Shown: positions 30,633-41,459 of the stretch, one piece after another
Layout of the letters: each line of letters begins with the position of its first letter
Position numbering within the stretch: position 1 is the stretch's first letter
From: Deltaproteobacteria bacterium
GTDB taxonomy: Bacteria > CG2-30-53-67
Length of the DNA stretch: 64,000 nucleotides
Direction of reading: 5' to 3'
NCBI GenBank assembly: GCA_013151235.1
Contig: JAADIO010000005.1
Span: forward strand, 62,001-126,000
Translations under genes and position numbers: made by a program
The notes under the pieces: model-generated
The model's database searches: none
Told to the model about the DNA's origin: nothing
Seen by the model: only the letters and a program-made list of their open reading frames with translations

Positions 30633-32069
30633 TTACCCTTCCGGAAACTCCCGTGACAGGGAACTGCCTTCCTTCCCGATCATGAAGACGGCATTCCGCG
30701 TGGCATCCTTGGCCCGATACATCGACTGGTCCGCCAACTGGATCAGTTCATTTTTATCCTTCACATGGTTCGGATAGGCGGCAATCCCGAAGCTGGCCGT
30801 CAGATGAAAGGCCTCGCCCGTATCGGCATGGAAGGTATAACTCTCCACGGTTGTCCGGAGCCGCTCCGCCGTTCCGAAAGCCGATTGCGGACCTGTCTCC
30901 GGCAAGACGACAATAAACTCATCCCCGCCATACCGGCAGATCACATCCATCGGACGAAGACTCCGACGCAGGATATCCCCTACCTCCACCAGGGCCTGAC
31001 TCCCCACAAGGTGACCGAACCTGTCATTGACCTTTTTGAAGTAATCGAGATCCAGGAAGATGAGGGAAACCTCTGTTCGGTACCGGTTGGACCGGGAAAT
31101 CTCGACATCAAGTGCCTGGTGGAGATAGCGAAAATTGTAGAGCTGCGTCACTCCGTCGGTAATGGCCAGTTCCGTCGCCTTCCGATAGAGGAGGGAGTTC
31201 TCAATCGCAATGGATGCCTGATCAACAAGGGTGAGAACGAGATCAAGGTCCTTCTGGCCGAAAGATTTTCCATCAATGCGGTTGATCACTTCCAGTACCC
31301 CCAGAATTTTTCCTTTGCTTTTCAGGGGAATACAGAGAATGGACCGGGTCCGGAAATGTAGGGAATCATCAATCCGGTTACAGAAACGGGGATCCGTGGC
31401 TACATCTTCCACGATGATCGGTTCTCCATGCTGGGCAACCCATCCGGCGATTCCTTCCCCGACCTTAAGCCGGAAACGCTTCAGGTCATTCTTCTTTTCT
31501 CCCTCGGTCAGTTCAAAATAGAGTTCATGCGTCTCCTCATCAAGCAGAAGGACCGACCCCGCTTCGGCCTTGACCAACTCACTCGTCTTTTCCATGATGA
31601 TATTGAGGATGCTTCCGGTGTCAAGAGTGGAGGTCAGTGCCTTTCCGACATTGATAAAATAGGACAATTCCTCCGTGGTCTGGTCGAGTTCCCGGGTGGT
31701 GTGAAGCAGGCGCTCCACCTGCACCTTCCGGTCCACCGCCTTTTCCAACGCAAAGAGGAGACGTTTGGCATTGAGGGGGAGGATGAGATAATCATCAATA
31801 CGGGTCGTCGCCGAAGGCAGGAAGGAATCCAGATCTTTTTCCGTTAACGTGAGCAGGACCTGACAGGCGGGGTTCCCCCGACGCAGTGCTTCCACCTGCT
31901 CCGGGTTCCACGACTCTTTTCCCAGGATCAGAATCGGATCCGGTTCCGGCAGGGTCTCGCCCGGCGTACAACAGACCGGCTCAAAGGAAGTGCCGAGGAT
32001 CTGAGAACGGAACGCCTCCTGAACCTCCGATACCAGACCATATAGATAGATTCGTGTTACCGCGTCCAT
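30633..32069 (-). CDS. Diguanylate cyclase (degenerate REC-like, GAF, GGDEF)
   Basis: GEGIAGWV GAF; GGDEF with RPMD I-site. Confidence 0.9.
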   Translation of the reverse strand: MDAVTRIYLYGLVSEVQEAFRSQILGTSFEPVCCTPGETLPEPDPILILGKESWNPEQVEALRRGNPACQVLLTLTEKDLDSFLPSATTRIDDYLILPLNAKRLLFALEKAVDRKVQVERLLHTTRELDQTTEELSYFINVGKALTSTLDTGSILNIIMEKTSELVKAEAGSVLLLDEETHELYFELTEGEKKNDLKRFRLKVGEGIAGWVAQHGEPIIVEDVATDPRFCNRIDDSLHFRTRSILCIPLKSKGKILGVLEVINRIDGKSFGQKDLDLVLTLVDQASIAIENSLLYRKATELAITDGVTQLYNFRYLHQALDVEISRSNRYRTEVSLIFLDLDYFKKVNDRFGHLVGSQALVEVGDILRRSLRPMDVICRYGGDEFIVVLPETGPQSAFGTAERLRTTVESYTFHADTGEAFHLTASFGIAAYPNHVKDKNELIQLADQSMYRAKDATRNAVFMIGKEGSSLSREFPEG

Positions 32070-32079
32070 GAACTCTCAC

Positions 32080-32741
32080 TCAAGATCCGGAAGCCTGCGG
32101 TCCCGAAGAAACGGCCTCTTCCATACGCCGAACAAGGTTCCGGCTTGCCGCTGCAGGATCCGCCGCCGCCGTCACGGCGGAAAGTACGGCCACACCCGCC
32201 GCGCCGCGGCGGCAGACGTCCGCCACATTATTTTCCGAAATCCCGCCGATCCCCAGGACCGGCAGGCTGCTGCCCCGGACAAATGATTCCAGCCGATCAA
32301 GCCCGACCACTGCGACACCCGCCTTGGTGGCACTTGGAAAGACCGCACCAAACCCGAGATAGTCCGCCCCGTCCGCCTCGGCCGCCTTCCCCTCCTCGGA
32401 CGTATGGGCCGTCGCACCGATCAGGATTCCGGCACCCAACATACGACGTACCGCCGGCAGTGGAAGGTCCGCTGTCCCGAGGTGGACCCCGTCGGCTCCG
32501 GAAAGCAACGCAATATCGGGCCGGTCATTGATCACGAGCGTCGCACCATGTTTCCGGGTGATCGCACGCAGTTCCCGTGCTTCCCGGAGCTGTACCGCCG
32601 AGGTTTTTCCCTTGCCCCGGTACTGGATGAACCGGGCACCGCCCTTGAGGGCGGCCCGGACGACCCCGGCAGGATTCTTTTCTCCACCGACAATCACACA
32701 GAGCCCAAGGTCCCGTTCTTCCGGGGAAGTGCGCAACGCCA

Positions 32742-32742
<1 letters not shown>
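32080..32742 (-). CDS. thiE: Thiamine-phosphate synthase
   Basis: QYRGK, INDRPD, DGVHLG, GIGGI. Confidence 0.92.
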
Positions 32743-34079
<1,337 letters not shown>

Positions 34080-34081
34080 CT

Positions 34082-34561
34082 TTACACCACCGATTCCAGG
34101 ACAAAGAGCGGTTCACCGAACTCGACCGGGTCCTTGTCTTCTTTCAGTATCTGCACGATCCTGCCCTTCCGCTCCGCCTCGATCTCATTCATCAATTTCA
34201 TCGCCTCGATAATGCAGAGCGGCCGGCCCGGCTCCACCTCCGTTCCGACCTCGACGAAGGGCGGGGCCCCCTGAGACGGTGCACGATAGAAGGTCCCCAC
34301 CATGGGAGAGGTCACCAGGACCTGTCCGGGAGCCATTTCCGGCATACCTGGCTCGGCGGAAGACTCCTGAGACATTCGGACCGGTTCCCCTGCAACGGCA
34401 GACTCGACTTTCTCAACGGCAAAGGCCGGCCCTTCGGGACGAACGGATGTGGACGCCCCCCTCCGGATACGGGTCCGGAATCCCTCCCGCTCCACTTCAA
34501 TCTCCGAGATGTCCGTTCCCTGGATCATCTCGATCAGCTCCTTGATTTCCTTCAGGTTCAT
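34082..34561 (-). CDS. accB: Biotin carboxyl carrier protein
   Basis: [17 protein letters not shown]. Confidence 0.97.
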   Translation of the reverse strand: MNLKEIKELIEMIQGTDISEIEVEREGFRTRIRRGASTSVRPEGPAFAVEKVESAVAGEPVRMSQESSAEPGMPEMAPGQVLVTSPMVGTFYRAPSQGAPPFVEVGTEVEPGRPLCIIEAMKLMNEIEAERKGRIVQILKEDKDPVEFGEPLFVLESVV

Positions 34562-35127
34562 TGATCCCCCTTGACCCGTTCAATAAACTCACCTGTTCTC
34601 GTGTCGATTTTGACCCGCTCTCCCTCGTTCATGTAGAAGGGAACCTTGACCACAATCCCCGTCTCCAGGGTGGCCGGTTTGGATCCGCCCGAGGCCGTAT
34701 CCCCCTTGAACCCCGGTTCGGTCTCGGCAACCTTCAGAATCACGAAGTTCGGCAATTCCATACCGATCGGCGTCCCATTGTGAAAGAGAACCTTTACCTT
34801 CACATTTTCCTGGAGATACCCTTCGGAATCACCCAGCATCTCCCGGGAGAGAAAGGTCTGCTCATAATTTTCGGAATCCATAAAACAATACTGTCCTTCC
34901 GAGACGTAGAGGTACTCCATCTCCCGTTCGTCCAGATCCGGTTTGTCCACCTTCTCTCCTGAACGGAAGGTCTTGTCGAGCACCGCTCCGGAACGGAGGC
35001 TTTTCAGCTTTGTCCGGACAAAAGCCCCCCCCTTACCCGGTTTTACGTGCTGAAACTCGACCATGATAAAAGGCTCCCCATTCATCTCAATCTTTAAACC
35101 GTTTCGAAAATCCGCTGTAGAATACAC
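34558..35127 (-). CDS. efp: Elongation factor P
   Basis: HVKPGKGGAF, PGFKGDTA, KIDTRTG. Confidence 0.97.
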   Translation of the reverse strand: MYSTADFRNGLKIEMNGEPFIMVEFQHVKPGKGGAFVRTKLKSLRSGAVLDKTFRSGEKVDKPDLDEREMEYLYVSEGQYCFMDSENYEQTFLSREMLGDSEGYLQENVKVKVLFHNGTPIGMELPNFVILKVAETEPGFKGDTASGGSKPATLETGIVVKVPFYMNEGERVKIDTRTGEFIERVKGDQ

Positions 35128-35298
35128 CCGGTTCCTCCTGCAAAAAATATCAATCCATTCCCGCCAAAAGAGCTCTCAAATGATCGAAGACTTGAAATTA
35201 TCGAATTATATTTATTTTATAATGGAACGCAAGGAAATTCCAATACTTTCCCCCTCCCCCCAAGCGGATGAACTTGTAGACGGATTTTTCCGCGGACA

Positions 35299-36372
35299 TC
35301 AGATCTCCCACCCTCGGGGAAGCCCTGTCAGAAGACGGCATCCATCACCCGTGGCCAGAACCATATCCTCGATGCGGACCCCCCCCAACCCGGGAAGATA
35401 AATCCCCGGCTCAATGGTAAAAACCATCCCCTCCTGAACAATCTGTTCATTCTTCGGGGTCACCCCCGGCAATTCATGCACCTCCAACCCGATGCCGTGG
35501 CCCGTGCCATGGCCGAAGAAGGGGCCGTATCCCGCCTTCGCAATCCGATTCCGGGCGGCTTGATCAATCTCTCGGAAAGAAATGCCGGGACGGATGATAT
35601 CAATAGCCGACTGCTGTGCAGCCCGCACAACATCAAAAATCTCCCGTTTTTTTCCGGTGAGTCTCCGCCCCACATAGAAGGTACGGGTCATGTCCGAAAA
35701 ATAGCCGTTACATTCCGCTCCGAAATCGACGATGACCAGATCTCCTGCGGCAATCTTCCTGAAAGAAGCAATCCCGTGCGGCATGGCGGAACGGACGCCG
35801 GAAGCAACAATGGTATCAAAGGCAACCTTTGCGGCACCCTGCTTCCGCATGGCATGTTCGAGGGCCAGCGCAATTTCATTTTCTCCGCTGCCGGGACGGA
35901 TCATCTTTTTCACTCGCTTAAAGGCCTGCTCCGCACGACGGACGGCCGTCTGCAATGCGTCCAGTTCCTGCACCGTTTTGATCATCCGTAGGGCTTCCAC
36001 ACCCGGACGAATCGGGACCCAAGAACAGAACCGCAGGGATTTTTTCAGTGCATGAAAAGCATCCACCCGAAGATCCCCGCTCTCAAACCCGACGCGACGA
36101 TAACGCCGGGTCCGGATCAGGCGGGCAATCCCTTCCACCATTTCTTCACCCCGCCGCAGGATCTGCACGGAAAAACCGTCCACTTCCTTCTCGGATTGCA
36201 CGGCATAACGGGAATCGGTCAGAACAACGCCCCCCCGTCTCGTCACCAGGAGTACCGCTGTCGAACCGGTAAACCCGGAAAGATACCGAACATTTTCCAT
36301 CCGGGTCACCAGAAAAGCATCGACCCGGTGCTGTTTCATCTGTGAATGGAGGATCGTACCGGTGGACTTCAT
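35299..36372 (-). CDS. Xaa-Pro peptidase (M24)
   Basis: [44 protein letters not shown]. Confidence 0.93.
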   Translation of the reverse strand: MKSTGTILHSQMKQHRVDAFLVTRMENVRYLSGFTGSTAVLLVTRRGGVVLTDSRYAVQSEKEVDGFSVQILRRGEEMVEGIARLIRTRRYRRVGFESGDLRVDAFHALKKSLRFCSWVPIRPGVEALRMIKTVQELDALQTAVRRAEQAFKRVKKMIRPGSGENEIALALEHAMRKQGAAKVAFDTIVASGVRSAMPHGIASFRKIAAGDLVIVDFGAECNGYFSDMTRTFYVGRRLTGKKREIFDVVRAAQQSAIDIIRPGISFREIDQAARNRIAKAGYGPFFGHGTGHGIGLEVHELPGVTPKNEQIVQEGMVFTIEPGIYLPGLGGVRIEDMVLATGDGCRLLTGLPRGWEI

Positions 36373-36821
36373 GAGGAAGGTTCCGATCCGGCAGCGGCGA
36401 GAGATACGGCTGCCCGGAGGCCCAGCAGATAACTCTCCATCCCGAAACCGCTGATCTGCCCGGCGGCCACCGGAGCGATGAAGGAGTTTCGCCGAAACGA
36501 TTCCCGTGCATGGATATTCGACAGATGCACCTCAACAGTGGGAATCCCCGTCGCTGCGATGGCGTCCCGGATAGCAACACTGGTGTGGGTAAAGGCCGCC
36601 GGGTTGATCACCAGGGCAGCGAAGACACCGCACGCTTCATGAATCCAGTCGAGAATCTTTCCCTCTTCATGGGTCTGACGGCATTCCACCTCGACCTGAA
36701 GGGTTTTTGCCGTTGCGGCGATTTCCTGATTGATCCGGCCCAGGGTCAGCCGACCGTAGATCTCAGGTTCCCGCGTCCCTAAAAGATTCAGATTGGGACC
36801 GTGGATGACAAGAATCTTCAT
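36369..36821 (-). CDS. aroQ: Type II 3-dehydroquinate dehydratase
   Basis: [35 protein letters not shown]. Confidence 0.96.
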   Translation of the reverse strand: MKILVIHGPNLNLLGTREPEIYGRLTLGRINQEIAATAKTLQVEVECRQTHEEGKILDWIHEACGVFAALVINPAAFTHTSVAIRDAIAATGIPTVEVHLSNIHARESFRRNSFIAPVAAGQISGFGMESYLLGLRAAVSLAAAGSEPSS

Positions 36822-36990
36822 AGCCGACTCTCCTTTCGAAACCGCAGGATGTGGTCCGGTTCCAATCGGCACCACAATCGAAATATGATATTTGCAGGAT
36901 AAGAATTGTTGGAAAATTGTAATCTAAGAAGTGTTGATGGGGAGGGCCCGCCTTTCCCTCGGGTACGAACTCCTGCCCGCCCACCCGGCA

Positions 36991-37347
36991 CTATTCGAAT
37001 TCTCTGGAGATTCGGGGGACCATGACGCGCATCCGGAAGCGCCCCTTACCAAGGTTCCCGTTTCCATTCAACACCAGGACAAGAAAATATTCTTCATTGA
37101 TCTTGCGCACAAGAGTCGTCTTGTTTTCATTGACCATCAGAAACTCGCCGAGAGTACCGGTTTCCATCGATTGCGCGGCACGGTTCAGCTCTTTCAGAAT
37201 CGAGGAAACCTCGATCCCGATCAATTGCAGGTCTTCCTCGGGACGCACACAAAATTCATCAATCGGGATTCCATCCATCCCCATAAGGATCGATCCCACA
37301 GCCCCATCGACGGATTGCACCAGATCACTCAGGAATTCCTTAAACAT
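36991..37347 (-). CDS. mglC: Roadblock/LC7 protein, MglC-like
   Basis: GAVGSILMGMDGIPID...YFLVLVLNGNGNLGKGRF resembles myxobacterial MglC as I recall it; efp-accB-accC neighbourhood. Confidence 0.75.
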   Translation of the reverse strand: MFKEFLSDLVQSVDGAVGSILMGMDGIPIDEFCVRPEEDLQLIGIEVSSILKELNRAAQSMETGTLGEFLMVNENKTTLVRKINEEYFLVLVLNGNGNLGKGRFRMRVMVPRISREFE

Positions 37348-38138
37348 CGCCTCTCCTTCTCGGCCTGGATCCGGGCCAGCCAGTTTTCCAGACGCCGGGT
37401 CGTCTCCGTCCCGGATTCTCCGGACAATTCCTCCCACTCCTCGATCCCGGCCGCCTCAGCCGGAAGTGTCGCTCCGGCGGTTCGTTCTTTCTCCCGCAAT
37501 CCTTCCAGCTCCGTTCGAATCTCCATATCTTCGGGATGGTCCCGGACGAGCCGGTCATAGATCTCGATCGCCTGAGCGTAATGCCCCTGATCGGCATAGA
37601 GACCCGCCAGCGTCCTCGTATTCAGAACCTCTTCGTCCCCTTTTTCTCCACCGGCCTCTTCCGTCGAAGAAGAAACCGCAACCTCGGGGGTGTTCGACCG
37701 GTCGCCCGTCCCTTCGTCCCCGGTCGGACCGCCCATCTCCCGTCCGATCAATTCCCCCAGGAAGAGTTCATCTTCCTGGACGAAGGCCTCCTCCGGTTCA
37801 ACCGGAGCCCCCTCCCGCCGAAGCGATTCCGTCTCGGCCGGCTCCCCGGCGGGAGGGGACGTCAGAGAGTCAACCTCCAACGGTTCACCTTCCGGCGGAA
37901 GGTAGTCCACCTCCTCCAGGAAGGCATCCTCCACTTCGGTCTCCATCGCATCCGGATCAATGACATCGACCACCACTTCAAATTCGTCGGCATCCGGAAG
38001 GGTCATGGAAGCTTCCCCCATGGATGAATCCGGTGCAGACGTCGTGTCGGCATCCGTCTCCCGGAATATTTCCCGATCGACCTTATCCTGGATCTCCTGG
38101 AAAAGATCCGAGCCTTCCTGTCCTTCATACTTTTCCAT
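37329..38138 (-). CDS. Acidic low-complexity protein with C-terminal TPR-like motif
   Basis: Very Glu/Asp-rich; TLAGLYADQGHYAQAIEIY; LENWLARI. Confidence 0.7.
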   Translation of the reverse strand: MEKYEGQEGSDLFQEIQDKVDREIFRETDADTTSAPDSSMGEASMTLPDADEFEVVVDVIDPDAMETEVEDAFLEEVDYLPPEGEPLEVDSLTSPPAGEPAETESLRREGAPVEPEEAFVQEDELFLGELIGREMGGPTGDEGTGDRSNTPEVAVSSSTEEAGGEKGDEEVLNTRTLAGLYADQGHYAQAIEIYDRLVRDHPEDMEIRTELEGLREKERTAGATLPAEAAGIEEWEELSGESGTETTRRLENWLARIQAEKERRCLRNS

Positions 38139-38447
38139 CTCGCCGACTCCCGGAAGAATCCATCTCCGAACAAGATCTTCTCCGACAGACGAAAGAAAAA
38201 CCCTGTTCTTCCCGGAGGGAAAGAAACATCCGACAGGTTATTAGTCGCTTTCGTCGCATTTTTTGTATTTTTTCAACAAAAAAGCCGGATTACTGCTTGA
38301 ATATTTCGACCTAAGTAATTAAATTTTAACAAAAAACGGCCAAAAGTCAAGGTTAAATTTTTCCTTGATTTTCATCACACAGGGTGCTAATTTGTCATAA
38401 TATTGTTTCGTGAAAAACATCATTAAAGAGCCCATGGAGAGGAATCG

Positions 38448-39803
38448 ATGGAAACCCGAAAAATATTAGTGGCCGACGACGACCATATCGAAAAGGAATC
38501 GCTGGCAACGATCCTGCAACGGGAGGGATACGAAACCATCACCGCCGGGGACGGAAAGGAGGCTCTCGAAAAAATTGAATCCACTCTTCCGGACCTCGTC
38601 CTCACCGACCTGAAAATGCCCTACCTGAACGGATTGGAACTCTTGACGGAGATCAAGTCAAAATATCCCGACATCGAGGTGATCATTATCACAGGCTATG
38701 CCACGGTCGAGTCGGCCATCAATGCCATGAAGGTCGGAGCAATCGATTATATCTCCAAACCCTTTAACGTGGAAGAAGTCAAAATCATCATCCGGAAGAC
38801 CCTCGAGCAAAAGGGACTCCGTGAAGAAAATGCACAGCTCAAAAAACAGTTGAAAGAACATTACGAGTTCCGGAACATTATCGGCAGCAGCCACGAAATC
38901 CAGGAAATCATTCGGGTCCTGAAAAAGGTCGTGGGCGGAATGAGTTCCGTCATGATTACCGGAGAAGAGGGAACGGGGAAAGAGCTGCTGGCCAAGACCC
39001 TTCACTTCAACAGCCCCCGGAAAGACCGCCGTTTCGTGACCCTCAACTGCGGCGCTTTCGAGGCGGAACAATTAGACGAACAGATCTTCGGTTCTCCCCG
39101 CGTAAAAGGGGCGATGGAGCAGGCCAACCGGGGCACTCTCTTCATGGACGAGATTGAAAATCTTCCTCTCAGCATCCAGGTCAAACTGCTGAAATGCATC
39201 AAAGACAAGGAACTGAGAATCCCCTGGAAAAACAAGGTGGTTCCTCTGGACATCCGGTTCGTCACCGCCACCACGGAAGATCTCGGACGGGAAACGGAAA
39301 CGGGGCGATTTCGGGAAGACCTCTATTATCGATTAACGGTCATCCCGATCCATATCCCTCCCTTGCGGGAACGACTGGAGGATATTCCCCTTCTGGTCAA
39401 TCATTTCATTCATACCCTGAATGAAGAGCACGGGAAGAATATTCATTCATTCTCTTCCGAAGCCCTCGATTTTCTAATGAAATACAACTGGCAGGGGAAT
39501 ATTACGGAATTACATAATGTCATGGAGCGGGCCGTGATCCTGACGGAGGGGGATGAGATCACGATCGACGTCTTCCCGGTCAGGCTCAACGAGGTTCGGG
39601 AAGAAGAGATCCTTGCCATCCCGAAGATCCCCAATGCAGGGATTCATCTTAAGGAAGAGGTGGAGAAATTCGAAACCAAGTTGATCAATCACGCACTCAA
39701 GCGCACCAACGGGGTGATTACCCTGGCGGCTGAAATGCTGAAACTCAAGCGGACGACCCTTGTGGAAAAGACGAAGCGCCTGAAGGATGTGATCCGGGTT
39801 TGA
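38448..39803 (+). CDS. NtrC-like response regulator lacking GAFTGA
   Basis: REC DLKMP; Walker A GEEGTGKE; QIFGSPRVKGAMEQ in place of the GAFTGA loop; HTH ending RTTLVEK. Confidence 0.88.
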   Translation: METRKILVADDDHIEKESLATILQREGYETITAGDGKEALEKIESTLPDLVLTDLKMPYLNGLELLTEIKSKYPDIEVIIITGYATVESAINAMKVGAIDYISKPFNVEEVKIIIRKTLEQKGLREENAQLKKQLKEHYEFRNIIGSSHEIQEIIRVLKKVVGGMSSVMITGEEGTGKELLAKTLHFNSPRKDRRFVTLNCGAFEAEQLDEQIFGSPRVKGAMEQANRGTLFMDEIENLPLSIQVKLLKCIKDKELRIPWKNKVVPLDIRFVTATTEDLGRETETGRFREDLYYRLTVIPIHIPPLRERLEDIPLLVNHFIHTLNEEHGKNIHSFSSEALDFLMKYNWQGNITELHNVMERAVILTEGDEITIDVFPVRLNEVREEEILAIPKIPNAGIHLKEEVEKFETKLINHALKRTNGVITLAAEMLKLKRTTLVEKTKRLKDVIRV

Positions 39804-39834
39804 AAGTCCGTCATGATTTGGAAAGGATAAAACG

Positions 39835-40848
39835 GTGATGAAAGAACAATTCCAGATATCCGATATTATCGGAGAAACACGGGGAATCAAACTGGCCCGA
39901 CGGCTCGTCACCCAGGCGTCCAAAACGGAAACACCCGTGTTGCTCCAGGGAGAAAACGGGACGGGGAAGGGGCTGATCAGCAAGATCATTCACCACAACA
40001 GCAGCCGATCCAACAAACCTCTGGTGACACTGAACTGTGCCGGATGTAACGAGGAAACCCTACAGCAGGAACTTTTTTGTGAAGATGAGGAATTCAGGAA
40101 TGTTTTTCAACGGGCAGAAGGAGGCACCCTCTACCTGCAGGAAATCGATGCGATTCCCCTTTCCCTGCAGATTCAACTGTTGAACAGGATCAAAAAAGAC
40201 CCCTTCCGCAACAGCAGCAGTATCACCCGAATGATTCACCAGGCACGCCTGATCACCTCCACTGAGAAAGATCTGGAAAAACTGATCCGGAAGAAAAAAT
40301 TCCGGGAAGATCTCTATTATCAATTGAACGTCATCCAGATCTATCTTCCTCCGTTACGAAAACGGATCAAGGACTTTCCGATCCTGGCTGAGTATTTTCT
40401 CAACCAGGCCTGTGCCGGTCTCGGCAAAGCCCCTCCCAAAATCTCCGACGACCTTTATCCAACCCTCCGCTCCTATGAATGGATCGGCAACATTCAGGAG
40501 TTTGCCAATGCCATCGAGTTTGCAGCCAACATCGTCCCGGAAGGAGGAGAAATCACACCGGAGGACCTCCCGGAACATATTATTAATGCCAAGGGATATG
40601 ATATCGCCAACGAAATTCTCTTCCCCCAAAAAGGGATCGACCTGAAGAATGCCGTTAAAAAATTTGAACGGAACCTGATCCTCCAGGCCCTCGACCAAGC
40701 TGACGGGATCATCAGCAACGCCGCCGAGATTCTTCATGTCAAACGAACCACCCTGGTGGAAAAGATCAAAAGAGAAAAGATCAACTCCGAACGATTCAAG
40801 AAACGGCGCCGTCTTCGAAAGACCCTGAAAAAAAGGAAAATCTTCTGA
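39835..40848 (+). CDS. Degenerate AAA+-HTH enhancer-binding-like protein, no REC domain
   Basis: GENGTGKG; no GAFTGA; Walker B YLQE; DLYYQL; HTH RTTLVEK. Confidence 0.82.
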   Translation: MMKEQFQISDIIGETRGIKLARRLVTQASKTETPVLLQGENGTGKGLISKIIHHNSSRSNKPLVTLNCAGCNEETLQQELFCEDEEFRNVFQRAEGGTLYLQEIDAIPLSLQIQLLNRIKKDPFRNSSSITRMIHQARLITSTEKDLEKLIRKKKFREDLYYQLNVIQIYLPPLRKRIKDFPILAEYFLNQACAGLGKAPPKISDDLYPTLRSYEWIGNIQEFANAIEFAANIVPEGGEITPEDLPEHIINAKGYDIANEILFPQKGIDLKNAVKKFERNLILQALDQADGIISNAAEILHVKRTTLVEKIKREKINSERFKKRRRLRKTLKKRKIF

Positions 40849-40861
40849 TGGGGATCAAGAA

Positions 40862-41061
40862 GATGGTGTCGTAAAAAGTCACGAAGCCCTTCGGCTGGCT
40901 CAGGACCGGCCCTTCGACATACTCAGGAGAGCCGTGCTCAGGGCGAACGATGTAAGTTGTTGATATTCCGTTCGTGTGTTTCGGAAAGTTTAATGGACCG
41001 TTCGTGGTGAGCCTGTCGAACCATGAACGGAATTCGGAAAACGACTTTTTACGACTTCATC
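40862..41061. mobile_element. MITE/REP-like family A, copy 1
   Basis: TIR GATGGTGTCGTAAAAAGTC/GACTTTTTACGACTTCATC (17/19); homolog at 47354-47485. Confidence 0.8.
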
Positions 41062-41159
41062 AAAGAAGGCCCCCGAAATAGTCAGGAACCTTCTTTCGCT
41101 TCCCTACATCTCAACTTCCTTCCAGTCCACACTGGGTAGCTAAACAGCAGTCCGGTGCT

Positions 41160-41456
41160 TCAAACCGCTCTATGATTTCGTTCCAGAATACGGGCGATTG
41201 CATCCTCCTCACTCGATGCGGAGACGATTCCCATCTCACGGATCTTTGCAGAGCAACCCGGACGCTGCTGCCCGTCAAGCACCCATTGCGGAACAACCTT
41301 GCCCCGATCGGTCAGTTTCTTTTCCAGAAGCCGGAGGACCTCCGGCGAATGGCGAAAACCTCAACCGGAGAAATTCTGTTGCATGCTCCGGGCAAGGATG
41401 AAATAAACACCGCCGTAGAGAAGACCGACAGCAAGAATGATATAGAGCAATAACAT
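41160..41456 (-). CDS. Candidate small membrane-anchored selenoprotein, 98 aa, U at residue 32
   Basis: GGAGG RBS and ATG 3 nt after the upstream stop; MLLLYIILAVGLLYGGVYFILARSMQQNFSG-U-GFRHSPEVLRLLEKKLTDRGKVVPQWVLDGQQRPGCSAKIREMGIVSASSEEDAIARILERNHRAV; TGA 41361-41363 followed by a SECIS-like hairpin. Confidence 0.65.
41330..41346 (-). promoter_or_regulatory. Candidate bacterial SECIS
   Basis: GCCGGAG-GUC-CUCCGGC perfect 7-bp stem starting 15 nt after the UGA; apical AGGUC as in the E. coli fdhF SECIS. Confidence 0.65.
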
Positions 41457-41459
41457 GAT

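Noticed and set aside
41172-41453. 93-aa plus-strand ORF from the track
   Set aside because: No RBS or recognisable motif; it is the in-register antisense shadow of the minus-strand Sec candidate.
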